From a virus: 64,000 bases of DNA. Each line of letters begins with the position of its first letter. The first letter of the stretch is position 1. The translations under genes were made by a program, and so were the position numbers. Positions 38,640 to 49,663 of this stretch are shown here, piece after piece. The stretch is taken from positions 32,001 through 96,000 of the IMG/VR virus record IMGVR_UViG_3300020122_000089; one strand, 5' to 3'. The notes beneath the pieces are model-generated. The model did no database searches. It saw only the letters and a program-made list of their open reading frames with translations, and was not told the origin of the DNA.

Positions 38640-38789
38640 GCACGGGGTCGGTCGCTACTCCGACCTAACCCCTGGGATTACGCTCGCTTCATCCAAAGGT
38701 ATCTAATACCCTCGCGGGCTACATTTCTCACTCAACAACTTGCGATCATTGTAGAGTGGACGTGTCTTGCATTCCCACGCCGCCCGTGC
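38640..38789 (-). ncRNA. Candidate tRNA-like RNA (150 nt)
   Basis: 7-bp GCACGGG/CCCGUGC stem stacked on a 5-bp GUCGG/CCGAC arm, D-like arm GGCGUG/CACGUC, long insert in place of the anticodon arm. Confidence 0.5.
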
Positions 38790-38815
38790 CGTACGCCTCA
38801 CCTTCAATGGCAATA

Positions 38816-38844
38816 ATAATAACACATTCCGGGTTGTTTGTCAA
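38816..38844 (-). promoter_or_regulatory. Sigma70-type promoter reading into the ncRNA locus and capsid gene
   Basis: TTGACA-17-TATTAT with TG extension; palindrome copy 6 nt upstream of -35. Confidence 0.7.
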
Positions 38845-38870
38845 GTGTTTTCTTCCGGAAGATTTTCGCA

Positions 38871-40370
38871 CTAACCCGGAAGCCCTAACCCTGCTTGCTT
38901 CAATCTTGCCCTTACGGCGGCGCGAGTGCCTTCGATGTCGCCGGGCTGCGTTTGTGCTGGTTTTGGTGCACCGGAAGGAGGGTTCGACCCGCCAGGAATC
39001 TCTACCCTCTTTCTTGTGTTATCGGATTTTTGTTTTGCTTCACGCGCCTTAGCTACGATTGGGCCAAATAGTTCTTTCGCCTCTTCAGCCATTGCGTTTG
39101 CGCGAAGGGTAGAGATGACCGCCATAGCGTCAAGTCCCCGCTGTTCATACTTTTGGCGGTTCTCAATAGTCGAAGCCGTTGCGGCTTGCTTGAGCCATTT
39201 CTTTGCGGTGGCCTTCGCGGTCTGAAAGTTTGGGTCGCTTGCCAATCTTTCTTTCGTCAGCGTCTTGAGGCGATCAGCGAGCCCGGGTCTGTCTTTTGGA
39301 ACCGAAGATTGATACGTTTCTTTCAAGTCTTTGTCTAACGCATCTGCAAGGTATTGCTCGACCCTTGATTCGGCACGGCGCTCTGCTTCTTCTGCGGATT
39401 GCCCTTGAATTTTTTCTTGCCCGCCACGGAGATTTTCAATCTCTTTTCTAAGTGCTTCTGTTTCACGGCGGCGCGTGTCAAGCTCTTGCTGGATGCGGGA
39501 CTGTTGAAGAAGGGCCCGTTGCTGTTCATCTCTGATGCCATCAATAGTGCGAACATGTACAGGGTCGCTGAGATCAAGTTGAAGCCTTTGGGCGATTTGC
39601 TGTGGCGTTTCTACACCCTGCGGCCCTTGCTGCGGCGGTTGCTGATTGAGTGGCATAGCACTCGTTCCGCCATTTATGCGCGAGTAGATCGCTTGCATGA
39701 TGTCGGGACTTTTCGCAACTACGTTGATGATGTTGTACATCGTCTCGCCATCGGTACCCGCAACCCGTTTGGACATGAAATCCCAAACTTGATTTAGTTG
39801 CTCGAACTGAAAGCGCCCTTCGTCGGTATTAAGATCAAGGGGTTGACCTTCTAACGCTTTTATCCTGCCTGCAATCTCGGGCCAGAATTGCGCCTCCATG
39901 ACCGTGTCAACCAAAGCGTCGTGATATTCTGGCTCTTCGGTGGCCATCTTCGCCAACCCCTCGGCGGGCTTGAAATCCTCAAACGGAACGTCGGTTGAAA
40001 GATAGACACCACGACCCTGAGAGGATCGGGTAGTCTCTAGCTCCTGCTTGAAAGCATCACGTTCGCGTACGGCTTCGTCGCGTTCGTATTTGCGCTTTTC
40101 ATACGCAGAGCGAAACTCTGTTAATCCTTCAGATTTTGAAAGATCGAGCTTAGAGATTTCTTCGTCGGATAAAGGTTGTCCGGATTGGCGCTGCCCTTCA
40201 TCTGTTGCGGGCGGTGTTTCTTGCTGACCGTCTGTTCCTGCCGCCACTGAAGCGGATGGCGCACTGCGATCCGCTTGTGGTGGTGGCTGATTACCCGACG
40301 CCGGCGGCGGACTGCTTTCACCACCCCCTAAGCCAAGATCGATTTCAGATTCTACAAATGATCCGTCCAT
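38871..40370 (-). CDS. Putative capsid scaffolding protein
   Basis: 499 aa; acidic P/Q-rich N-terminus, long coiled coils, basic C-terminal helix; AGGAGG RBS; upstream of capsid. Confidence 0.65.
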   Translation of the reverse strand: MDGSFVESEIDLGLGGGESSPPPASGNQPPPQADRSAPSASVAAGTDGQQETPPATDEGQRQSGQPLSDEEISKLDLSKSEGLTEFRSAYEKRKYERDEAVRERDAFKQELETTRSSQGRGVYLSTDVPFEDFKPAEGLAKMATEEPEYHDALVDTVMEAQFWPEIAGRIKALEGQPLDLNTDEGRFQFEQLNQVWDFMSKRVAGTDGETMYNIINVVAKSPDIMQAIYSRINGGTSAMPLNQQPPQQGPQGVETPQQIAQRLQLDLSDPVHVRTIDGIRDEQQRALLQQSRIQQELDTRRRETEALRKEIENLRGGQEKIQGQSAEEAERRAESRVEQYLADALDKDLKETYQSSVPKDRPGLADRLKTLTKERLASDPNFQTAKATAKKWLKQAATASTIENRQKYEQRGLDAMAVISTLRANAMAEEAKELFGPIVAKAREAKQKSDNTRKRVEIPGGSNPPSGAPKPAQTQPGDIEGTRAAVRARLKQAGLGLPG

Positions 40371-40420
40371 GATGTTGAATTACCCCTCCTTTTTCGTTTC
40401 TTCCGGAAGAAAAACTACCA

Positions 40421-40909
40421 CTACTTACCCAGCACAGCCTGCATTGCCGCGCTCTGCTTCTTGACGTAATCCGCTAGTTCTCGCTCTGTCTTTGGTGCAT
40501 TCGGGCTTGCTGCCGGAGCCGAGCTATAGAATGCCTCGACTGTGCTGATGGTCGCATTCAGAATTATCCCTGCCGTGCCTAGCTGTGGGACATTGGCGAA
40601 GTCGCCTACTATCGGCGTGACCGTGTTGGCAAACTTCCTCACCGCCTCAAACTTATCGACCTTAGTCTTCGCTATATTGAAGTCGCTTTCGAGCACGCCG
40701 AACGCATCAAGTAGTTTGTTGGTATCTGCGGTATAGGCGTCGCGTTGAGCCGGAGTGATCTTATGCTGATCCACTAGTATTTGGATGACCGGAGTGAACG
40801 CGGTGATAGCGGACTTGAGTGGCGCGATTGGTATTCCGCACGCCACGGTAAACACGCTCATAGTCCAGATCAGGGTGGCGAGTGATGCAGCGGTTAGTTT
40901 ACGAGTCAT
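40421..40909 (-). CDS. Putative lipoprotein
   Basis: Basic N-terminus, hydrophobic core, TVA-C lipobox; AAGGAG RBS. Confidence 0.6.
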   Translation of the reverse strand: MTRKLTAASLATLIWTMSVFTVACGIPIAPLKSAITAFTPVIQILVDQHKITPAQRDAYTADTNKLLDAFGVLESDFNIAKTKVDKFEAVRKFANTVTPIVGDFANVPQLGTAGIILNATISTVEAFYSSAPAASPNAPKTERELADYVKKQSAAMQAVLGK

Positions 40910-41502
40910 TTTGGTTCTCCTTTTGAGTTAGCAGGGTTCTGGTCCAATATAATCAACAACGTCAATCTTACCCTCGAACGATTTGATATCATCGTTGAAG
41001 TCGCGCTTTAGCTGATGATTGAATCCAGCTAGAGACTCGGCAAAGCGATTGACACCTTCTATGTTGTCTTCATTTACAACAAAATGGATTGCTACCTTGA
41101 TCTCTTTCAGCTTCACCTTGGTTCTCCTTTTCGTTGGGACACTATGGAATAGTCAACGTAAACGGCAGCGACATTGCTCCATCTGGGTTCCGACAGATCA
41201 GCACATGAGCGCCCGGCGCAAGATCGAGATGCTTAGCACTGCGAAATGAATCATCAAACGGTTGCGCCGGCGTCATCTCGATATCCATTCCATCTAGTGT
41301 AAACCTCGCGATATACGGTGCATTCGTTGTGTAGGCGACGATCCTCTGTTTGTTACGCCGATAGTGAGTCTCAGGGTCGATGACTGGTCCGCCGGTCCCC
41401 AGGCAGCCTCGCGCATCGCAGACTAACACGAATCACACACAGAGGAAAGTGTGATTGATTGGCCGTAGTATAGCACAGATTGCGAGAGAAGCGGTGAACT
41501 AC

Positions 41503-41838
41503 TCACTGACCACTGACGCGTTGTTGCAGCAACACCATTCGCTGATCATGTGCCGCAGCCAGCTCAATCGCTATTGCCTGTCCTGTTAGCCCAAACGCGG
41601 CAGCATCAAGATAGTCATGCGCTCCGGTCGGAATAGTAGCGATGTTGGCCTCAGTCCACTGATCCCGCCAGTCTTTAGGCACAGGCACAAAGTCGTTGGA
41701 CATTTCTTTGTGATCCTGTCCAACAGTGTCAATGTAGAAAATGATCCCTTCATTTACAGTGCCGTCGATGTCGTAGCGAGGCGCTACGATCTCTCCAGTT
41801 GCACTGCCGATACTCGTGAAACATGTGAATTGTCCCAT
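41503..41838 (-). CDS. Hypothetical protein
   Basis: 111 aa, AAGGAG RBS. Confidence 0.55.
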   Translation of the reverse strand: MGQFTCFTSIGSATGEIVAPRYDIDGTVNEGIIFYIDTVGQDHKEMSNDFVPVPKDWRDQWTEANIATIPTGAHDYLDAAAFGLTGQAIAIELAAAHDQRMVLLQQRVSGQ

Positions 41839-41993
41839 TAGTTCTCCTTTAGCTTTTTGCCCGATGAACCGTCTTACAGTGCATTAGCACTTGAAAGAAG
41901 CTGCCAAACCGCAGGCCGTAGAATGAGCACTTTCGCGGGTCTCGGCTCTGCTTCCATGGCCAATGGTTTGGATTAAACTTCTTGAACACGGTG

Positions 41994-42197
41994 TTACGTA
42001 CTTGAACCTATCGTCAAATCTGTCTTTGCCGTGATGCGTCCGATGACCGTCAGAATCGCGCCGCAGGCGAGGATCAGATTATCTGCAAGTCCGTCAGCGT
42101 CTATGCCGCTGAATACCTTTGGAAACGCCTTAGCTGCGATCATAATCACGACGCCCCAAAGCGTCTTACTGAGCAGGAAGTTTTTGGTTTGCTCCAT
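41994..42197 (-). CDS. Putative holin-like 2-TM protein
   Basis: SKTLWG..GAILTVIGRITAK, 67 aa, AGGAGG RBS. Confidence 0.55.
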   Translation of the reverse strand: MEQTKNFLLSKTLWGVVIMIAAKAFPKVFSGIDADGLADNLILACGAILTVIGRITAKTDLTIGSST

Positions 42198-42497
42198 TCT
42201 GTCCTCCTAATCGTAATACTCGCGATGTCGCGGCGGCTCGCCCCCTCCAACGACTATCTAGTGCATAGCCAACACACCAGCCGCGACAGGTGCTACTAGT
42301 CCGAACAGCCAAACCGGCGTGATGATTATCGTGACGATCATCGTTGTCCTTAATCGCGGCAACGCCCGGATTACTCACGCATTAACCGACGTCCGAGGTC
42401 TTTCCAGTAGCGTGACAGCCGTGCCGCGAAGATCATGCCCGCCCGCCGCAGGCTTAGAATCGCTTATGATCGGGTGAGCAGCGGGACGGGCACACTG

Positions 42498-42956
42498 TTA
42501 AGCATTCTCCGCCAACGTAATCGACACGCTCGCAGCCGCGCCGCTGATAACCTCAACGTCGGCGGTACCGGTAAGCGGCGGTGTCACATCGTTATCGGCA
42601 AACTGCACCTGAGCGGTCCCAAGCGGACCGACCGGCGCAATGACCGCACTCATTCCGTTAGCGGAAGGCGTGACAGTAAGGATCTTCGGATCGCTCGATC
42701 CCCAAGTCGCCGCCTTCACGGTGGTTGGATTCCCCTTGCTGTCCTTTGCTGACAACGTCGCTGTCGCCGTCTTATCATCGTGTAGCTGAAATGCCATGAT
42801 CTCTCCTCTGATCGTCACGCCATCAAGCGTGAGAGTTGAAATGAAAATGCGCGGCTGTTGGTCGCTTCCCCGAACAAGCACAAGCAGTTCGTCTATCTTG
42901 CGCTCGATTCGCCTGAGACGGTGCCCGTCTTCCATCGTTGCGGCCCCCCCCCGCAT
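42498..42956 (-). CDS. Ig-like domain protein
   Basis: DSKGNP..TWGSSDPKILTV..GTAQV resembles Big-2-like domains. Confidence 0.55.
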   Translation of the reverse strand: MRGGAATMEDGHRLRRIERKIDELLVLVRGSDQQPRIFISTLTLDGVTIRGEIMAFQLHDDKTATATLSAKDSKGNPTTVKAATWGSSDPKILTVTPSANGMSAVIAPVGPLGTAQVQFADNDVTPPLTGTADVEVISGAAASVSITLAENA

Positions 42957-42980
42957 TGTATCAAGGTTTTGCGTGTCTGG

Positions 42981-43139
42981 CTACCGCAAAAGCGTGATCA
43001 TCTTGCTAAGCTGCAATAAGAAGGCCAACAGTCCCATCGCGTAAGCAATTCGACCGATCTCCGCAAACTTCGGATTTGTGCTCAAGGCATAAACCAAGAG
43101 CCCGATCACCGATACTAGCAGTGCTAGGTAAATCTCCAT
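42981..43139 (-). CDS. Small 2-TM membrane protein (52 aa, below ORF-track cutoff)
   Basis: MEIYLALLVSVIGLLVYALSTNPKFAEIGRIAYAMGLLAFLLQ; GGAGG RBS. Confidence 0.55.
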   Translation of the reverse strand: MEIYLALLVSVIGLLVYALSTNPKFAEIGRIAYAMGLLAFLLQLSKMITLLR

Positions 43140-43469
43140 TACTCTGCCTCCGCTTTACTCGGTCCACAAAATCTCGCCCGACTCAATCCCGTATCCAAGA
43201 ACGACGCTGAAACTTTAGCCCCTGGACTGAGTCGGGCAAAGTGTTACGGCACGACCTTGTCAGTGACCATCTTCTCCATTGCTTCGGTCACTTCCTGCAA
43301 GGTGTCGCGAAAAGGAACGTAGGCTGCTTTCAGTTTTGCGTCGAGGTCTTTACATTGGCCGAGTAGGTCGTGCCTCTCAACCTGTGCGCCCGCATGTACG
43401 GCCGCCTTAAACATTCCTTCCAGCACAAAGTTCTTGATAATGATGTCGTCAACTATCCCCGGCAAATCT

Positions 43470-43943
43470 CTACCTCCGCTTTTTACTATCGTCTATCCGA
43501 CTGACATTGCCCTCGGTATCAACAAGCCAACCATACGCAGCCATGTTGTTGCGCAGCTTTTCATTCCAAGTTTTCAAATAGGTTAGCTCACTGTTGATTC
43601 GTTTGTTGTCTTCTAGGAGCGTACTGACCGCTTGGCTTGTATCGCGCTCCGTGCCGCGTGTCCACCAAACAATGTTGAAAGCGAGCGGCGTAAAAGCAAT
43701 AAGTAGTGCCGCGATGATCGTGTTTCGTTGGGTCTTTCCGTTGCCGTTCGGAGTTGCCTCCTTCTTGATGAGCATCGTTACGCCAAGCATCAGTGCGTGT
43801 GTGGCCTCGCGCATCTCCGCTTCTTCGGCTTTCGTCATTGATTGCTCGTAGCTTACGTCACTATCCAGTACCGGCTTGAGTTTTCCTGTATTGACCTTCG
43901 GCTGCGGGAATCCAAATACTTCACCTGTCGCAGCGTTTCCCAT
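43470..43943 (-). CDS. Membrane protein with coiled coil
   Basis: One TM segment followed by a heptad region. Confidence 0.55.
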   Translation of the reverse strand: MGNAATGEVFGFPQPKVNTGKLKPVLDSDVSYEQSMTKAEEAEMREATHALMLGVTMLIKKEATPNGNGKTQRNTIIAALLIAFTPLAFNIVWWTRGTERDTSQAVSTLLEDNKRINSELTYLKTWNEKLRNNMAAYGWLVDTEGNVSRIDDSKKRR

Positions 43944-44016
43944 AAATCTCTCCCCAACCCAGAGGGAACATCGGTCTCACTTCCCCGGCGCAAGAGTTCG
44001 GCCTGTAGGTCTATGC

Positions 44017-44793
44017 CTACTTAGAAAGTGGCCCACACACTATGGTCTGTGAGCTTCCACTTACCTCGCTGGCAGTGTTCTCAAACTTGATCTTGATGTT
44101 GTGCGGCGCGCTGTTTCGGAATTGTGGCTCAAGTGGAATCGAGAATCCGTGGTCGCCGTTGTCGGGAAAGTTCCAGCTTTGAAACCAGTCGGCCACGTCC
44201 TGTCTATGCAGTCGTGCAACGACGGTATCAACTAGAACGTCATCGTAGTACACGCCTACGGTAATTGGAATCGACGGACGACTCATATCAGCAGCCCATC
44301 CACGGAATGCTTGGCACTCAATCTTATCGACATTGCCAGCGTAAACTGGCGCGGCAGGTGGCGGGCTGCAATCTACGGTCTGTCCACCAAAGATGATCAT
44401 CGACCCGTGTGCGATGACCACTGATATCATCGCGAAGCCATGATCTACCGAGATCCGTGTGTCGCCCTCAACCGAATGAAAGAACAAAACTAAGGGCTCT
44501 ACTGACTCAACCGTTGCTTTCCCGCTGACTTCTGTATGACCTACTGCGTCAATAACAAAGTCACCGGCACTGTCAAAGCGAGCGGAGTTGTGAGCGGAGT
44601 CAGTCACACAAACGAAGCCCGACTGTTGCGCGAATTTGAACGGAGAAGCGTCGCGAGGAAGTATAAGGCCAAGACGAGTCCAGTCCGTGTCTACCCAATC
44701 CGTCGTTGGCGGATGTTGTGTAGGGCTCTGCGCGAGGGCCATCGAAGCCCACAGCGCGAGAATCGGTAACGCAAAGCCGATTGATCTTTTCAT
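44017..44793 (-). CDS. Secreted protein with C-terminal beta domain
   Basis: Signal peptide; GNVD..GWAAD..R.DVA..HGF motif. Confidence 0.6.
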   Translation of the reverse strand: MKRSIGFALPILALWASMALAQSPTQHPPTTDWVDTDWTRLGLILPRDASPFKFAQQSGFVCVTDSAHNSARFDSAGDFVIDAVGHTEVSGKATVESVEPLVLFFHSVEGDTRISVDHGFAMISVVIAHGSMIIFGGQTVDCSPPPAAPVYAGNVDKIECQAFRGWAADMSRPSIPITVGVYYDDVLVDTVVARLHRQDVADWFQSWNFPDNGDHGFSIPLEPQFRNSAPHNIKIKFENTASEVSGSSQTIVCGPLSK

Positions 44794-45069
44794 TTGGTCT
44801 CCTTCTTCCTTTTACGTTCTTCCTCAACGGTCTCGATTGAATTAAATACATCGCAGTATCCGGAGAGAAGATGATGCTTGAGACCGATTCCATCAAAGTC
44901 GGGCTCACTACAAAACGGACAGGTATAGACGCTGAAATCGCTCATTGTGGTACTTTCATCGTTGGATCGATCTTAATCATATTGGCATACACCGCCGCAA
45001 TCTCAGCTAGTTGCTCATTGCTCTGAGCTGCTGCGAGTTGCCGTAGAAGAGCTCGAAGTGTCCAGTGCA

Positions 45070-45507
45070 TTAGTGCCCTTTCGCAAGTGAGATTAAGAAC
45101 ATAATTATCGCTGCCAGTATAGCACCGGCAATCGCTCCAAGCACGGTATCACGACCCTTGTTTTGACTACGTGACTCACGCAGCCCCTGTAACTCCTTCT
45201 TGATATCCTCGAACTTCTCATCGGTTCGCTGAAACTGAGCCTGCGCTTCCGTGCGCGGAATCATCTGCTTGTACTGGTCGTCCATCTTGCGGGTGAGGTC
45301 GTTGTGTGTTGCATTGTACTGTTTCTGTCCCTCTTCCTGCTTGATGATCGCTTCTTTGCTTGACGCAAATGCCGCCTCTACCGCTCGCTGTCTTGATTCG
45401 TCGCGTTCTTTGTAGCGATCGTGGCGCTCGTTGACCAACTCTTTCAGCGCTTCAAGTTTGATGTCCAACTCGCGAGGACTGGAAACATGATCTGTTGAGT
45501 TGGGCAT
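45070..45507 (-). CDS. Coiled-coil protein with C-terminal TM anchor
   Basis: 145 aa; helical with a terminal hydrophobic segment. Confidence 0.6.
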   Translation of the reverse strand: MPNSTDHVSSPRELDIKLEALKELVNERHDRYKERDESRQRAVEAAFASSKEAIIKQEEGQKQYNATHNDLTRKMDDQYKQMIPRTEAQAQFQRTDEKFEDIKKELQGLRESRSQNKGRDTVLGAIAGAILAAIIMFLISLAKGH

Positions 45508-45670
45508 TCCGTAACGCTACCTCACAACTGCTAGTCCGCGCATCGGGCACCTGCACGGCCGCTCATAGCGATTGTCATTCTTGCACGAGCCGCCGCTGTC
45601 GGTGTGGTCTTCATGATTGCCGACCCTACAAGCTGAGCATAGTTGATTCGGGTCGACCTGGCGCTTTGGT

Positions 45671-45949
45671 TCAGGCTCGCTCATAGGTCAGCTCGAAGAT
45701 ATCAGGCTTGCAAGGATAGAACTCGCCTTTAACACCTTTGATAATCCAGTCGCCGGGAGAGGCAACCATTAGACCTTCACTGGTGCCTATGTCCACGTAC
45801 CGACCTTTCACCCAACCTGCCGCTGCGTCTTTTGTTTGCATTAAGAACGCCTGTACCTCGCGGGCATTCTCTCCTGTCCATCGAATCGCCTCAATCACTA
45901 CGGGCTTCTTTCTAAACCTCTCAGGCTCGCTCATCTTCCCTCCACCCAC
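45671..45949 (-). CDS. PGDYG-like small phage protein
   Basis: FRKKPVVIEA..ASPGDWIIKGVKGEFYPCKPDIFELTYE. Confidence 0.75.
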   Translation of the reverse strand: MGGGKMSEPERFRKKPVVIEAIRWTGENAREVQAFLMQTKDAAAGWVKGRYVDIGTSEGLMVASPGDWIIKGVKGEFYPCKPDIFELTYERA

Positions 45950-47414
45950 ACCGTTCCAACAAACGCGAGCATGGTGAAAGCGCCCAGAACAACCGCCAGC
46001 ACGATGAGGGCGATCGCAGCTTTTCGCCCTCGTTCATCGCTCATTTTGAACCCATCACGAGATATTTCTTGATGCCAGGATGTACTACCGATGCCGCTGA
46101 GCGCGTCTCTATGGCGGTCACGTCCTCTGCTGTATCGACGCAGATTTTTATGACTATAACACCGCCAAACAGAACCCGTAACCGATCTTTCCAATCAAGT
46201 ACAACATCGACCTCTGTTGAGACGCCGTAAGATAACTGCTTGTTCTTCCATGGCCAATCAGGATAGCCAGAAAAGATCGTGAAGCGGATCAGGCGATTAA
46301 GCCAGCTTCGTTGCTTTAGAGGCGCGGTCATGTTTATTGATTCCATATCATTCTCCCCCTCTCCGTTCATTCTTCACCCGCCACGTTAACACGAACAGGA
46401 TGGCAAGTACTAGAATTAAGAAGGCGACTAATGCAGCCAATTCTATCCTCGCTCCAGCTGAGCACGGAATGCGTCAAGCGCTTGAAGAAACGATCTATGA
46501 AAGCGAATCTCTGGAGATTCGTAAGAGGGTAACATGTCGTCCATCCGATACGCGCCTATCGTTTCATAGATCGTACCTAGTCGCGAATAAATATCCCGAC
46601 CAATGCTGTCTAATCCATCCGGTATCGGTGCTGCCATTTTCAATTACCTCCGCTTCAATACTTTTAGATCGTACAAGTCAATCTCATCACAGAAGCTACA
46701 TGTCCCATCAAGATGGATGACTGCCCTTTTCTCGCTGTTGATATAGTCTATCACACCGCGCCTGCCGTCCGGTAACAGCACCCGCTGTCCTTCGTGCCAG
46801 CCACGATGACAGGCGGAGAAGAGGCAGATAAGGATGAGTAATGTGAGTTTCATACGGTTATGAAACTTTCCCTTGCCATGTCTAATGCTTCCTCCCAGGA
46901 AAAGCCCATAAAGCCCTGATAGGGGCCCGGTATCTTAGGGCATGCACCGACATAATAGCGTACACGCTTGCCGTGATCGTCGGACTCGGTGAAAGAATCC
47001 TCGCCGAAGAGCTTGATTGTTTCGACTTCCGCTTCTTCCGGTGTCATCATCATTCTATCCTCGTTTCGGAATCTCCAACTCTTCCAGCCTCACTAGGTAG
47101 AACTCGCCGCCCTGTTCGCAGTGGTAGATCAGTGCCCCGTTATGGGTACGTTGTAATCGAAGCGTCAGATGTCGATGGTTGCCCTGATCGTCTTCGTTCT
47201 CGCTCTCATCTTCAAGCGGCTCGCTCATTTGGTAGCCTCTCTAAGCTCTCTAAGCACGCTTCGGCAAGCAGTATGCACTCAGCCTGCTCATAGCTCTTCG
47301 CCTGCTGCCAGACTCGCGTGTCTTGTTCACCCGACCACGCGTCGGCATTTCTGGCAAGCTGCATGTGATGCCAGATTTGTTGGGCGAGGGAGGCGACGAT
47401 ATCGTTGCGGGGCA

Positions 47415-48458
47415 TCACTTCACCAGCCCTCGATTGTGAAAAATCCCAAACAGCCCGTAGCCAATTGGCCCGAGCTTGAACCATCGAATGATCTTTCGCT
47501 TCTCAGGGTATTTGTACTGCAAGTAATCTGTAGTTCCAATCAGCGCAAAGCTGATCGTAGTCCTCGCGTTTGTCGATGGAATAGGGATTGTTTCGTAGCA
47601 TGTTGGGCAATGTTTCAACGCATATGTCGTTGAGAGTCTATCCCCTATCGCGGCTGCGGCCCAGGCTGCGTCGAAGGTGAAGTCGAGTGGCGTGTACCAG
47701 CGTTCTTTTCCTGTTGCGCCAGTTGATAACCACAGCCTTGGCATTGAAAAGCGAGGCGGACGTATAGCGATCGACTGTTCACCCTCCCGAGAGCTTACTG
47801 AGAAGTCGTGTCCATTGGAGCAGGTGAACGTGCAAGTTGTCCAATTCGGATCGCTGTGATGATATACGCCCTTTTCATCGTAGTAGTCGTAAGTCGCCAT
47901 CAATGTACAGGTGCATCCGAGTCCGCTTGGATAAACCTTGCTCTCTTTTCCCTGCTTGACACAAACCGGACAGCGATGATCCCAACCTATTTGAGTGGCA
48001 GCTACTGTTAGCTTGCTTCCTGACGTAGTAGCACCCAAACAGCAGTCGTTAAATTCTTTTGTGCCCGACAGCCCGCCACGGCCGCAAATCATCGGCGATG
48101 TCAGAGTCTTGCTTGGTGTAGACTCTTGCCCGTAGGCGAGAAGGGGAAGGGCGAGAAGTAGCAACAGGGTAGGTAGAGCCTTTGACCTTAGAATACGGTC
48201 AATCTCTGCGGCGATTAGCGCTCCCGCTATAACAAGAGACCGCACAGCGTCATCACCGTGTTTGGCAATCAATCCCCGGGCATCACCCTCCGCGTCGCCA
48301 TCATATTCGGCGCGGCAATTTGGTGTACCCCGCCCGAGTGGATCACAAACGGTGGCATCGGTCCCGTGGACAGCAAGCGCAGCCTCAATATCGGCCCAAT
48401 CTAGCGGCTTGGAAAGCTCAGTTCCCATTGGCGACAGTTCGATTGAATGTCCGCTCAT
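47415..48458 (-). CDS. Chimeric hypothetical membrane protein
   Basis: N-terminal LVIAGALIAAEIDR domain, internal signal-like segment, Cys-rich middle, hydrophobic C-terminus. Confidence 0.6.
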   Translation of the reverse strand: MSGHSIELSPMGTELSKPLDWADIEAALAVHGTDATVCDPLGRGTPNCRAEYDGDAEGDARGLIAKHGDDAVRSLVIAGALIAAEIDRILRSKALPTLLLLLALPLLAYGQESTPSKTLTSPMICGRGGLSGTKEFNDCCLGATTSGSKLTVAATQIGWDHRCPVCVKQGKESKVYPSGLGCTCTLMATYDYYDEKGVYHHSDPNWTTCTFTCSNGHDFSVSSREGEQSIAIRPPRFSMPRLWLSTGATGKERWYTPLDFTFDAAWAAAAIGDRLSTTYALKHCPTCYETIPIPSTNARTTISFALIGTTDYLQYKYPEKRKIIRWFKLGPIGYGLFGIFHNRGLVK

Positions 48459-49663
48459 TTGCCAACCTCCCCGCGCGAGAGGCAGTAGGCGGTAAGAATC
48501 TGCGCGATTGCCGGATCAAACATCGCAATAAGCATTTCTCGACTTTTTCCCGGCAAGAGTCCGTTGACGTTGAGCACTTCCGCACATTTCTCAGCCGATA
48601 GATTCGCGGGGTCTACGGCTGTCGGCGATTGAGCAAGGACTCTCCTGACGTGGTCCTTCGCGGCATCTACGGCGATCATTCGATGAGTATAGGGCGGTAT
48701 CTCGAATCCACCTTCATCAAGGGCGTTGGTTATGTCGCTCACAACGCCAGCGGCGGCTATCGACGGTTGGGCGCGGCGTTCACCCGCAGCATACGCCTCA
48801 AGCATGTGTCGATAATCATGATCGCTGTCGATTCTGTGAATCTCGGCATATTCGGCGAACCACCTGTTGAATTGGATTACCACCCGGGCGGTTTCTGGCA
48901 ACTCAGGCTTTGCATCTTCGGCGGCTTGCCCGCCCTGAATATCGAAATGCTTACGTACTTCGTTCGCGACCTCGGCCACAAGATTAGCAGTTCGGGTATA
49001 GCAACAGGCAATAGCCGGATCGTTAATCGCCCTCACCTGCCAAGGCCCAACGGGATCGGTTGGCGGCGCTGAACCTATCAGGGCTCCGACATGCTGTGAA
49101 CACGAATAGGTAACGCCCATATCGGGTCGGCGCTCGCCTTCGTCGAATATCTCAAAATCGGCTTGAGCAGTGCAGGCTTGCTCGCTGGCTGCTTGAGTAG
49201 GGGCCAACGGCTCAACGATAGGATTTTCCCACTCCCAAGTTCGGCCCGAGCCGTCAGGACATAGTGCCGCTTTGTTATCGTGACGACCGTGAACTTGACC
49301 ACAGTGAGTGCACGTTACCTCTCGCTCGATTTGCGGATCTGAGATTGGCGCTGAGATAGACTTTGGCTCACGGCTCTGTTTATGCCAAGGATCGGAACAG
49401 TTAAACGACCTCGGAGGATATCCGTGACAGGTAGGGCACCACTTAGTAGGTTGCTCTACGGCTTGTTGCGTTGTAGCCAGAGCTACACGAAGAACTTCTT
49501 CAACATAAGAACAGGTTGGGGCTTCCCCGTTTCCGCCAATCGAACTGCGCAGTTCATGTCGTACGTCTTCGATGCTGTGACCGGCTTTAAGCATCTCCAG
49601 TGCGGCGCTGAGAAAATGCATCTGTGGTTCTTGCTTCTGAATTTCCGATGCGGTAGGATTCAT
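48455..49663 (-). CDS. Mosaic hypothetical protein with Cys motifs
   Basis: 402 aa; CPTC, CTHC; GAAGG RBS. Confidence 0.6.
   Translation of the reverse strand: MNPTASEIQKQEPQMHFLSAALEMLKAGHSIEDVRHELRSSIGGNGEAPTCSYVEEVLRVALATTQQAVEQPTKWCPTCHGYPPRSFNCSDPWHKQSREPKSISAPISDPQIEREVTCTHCGQVHGRHDNKAALCPDGSGRTWEWENPIVEPLAPTQAASEQACTAQADFEIFDEGERRPDMGVTYSCSQHVGALIGSAPPTDPVGPWQVRAINDPAIACCYTRTANLVAEVANEVRKHFDIQGGQAAEDAKPELPETARVVIQFNRWFAEYAEIHRIDSDHDYRHMLEAYAAGERRAQPSIAAAGVVSDITNALDEGGFEIPPYTHRMIAVDAAKDHVRRVLAQSPTAVDPANLSAEKCAEVLNVNGLLPGKSREMLIAMFDPAIAQILTAYCLSRGEVGK

Noticed and set aside
38640-38789. Canonical tRNA or tmRNA
   Set aside because: No GTTCRA T-loop, anticodon arm, CCA or tag reading frame.
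40421-45507. Complete lysis cassette
   Set aside because: Holin-like and lipoprotein genes are present but no endolysin motif could be recognised.
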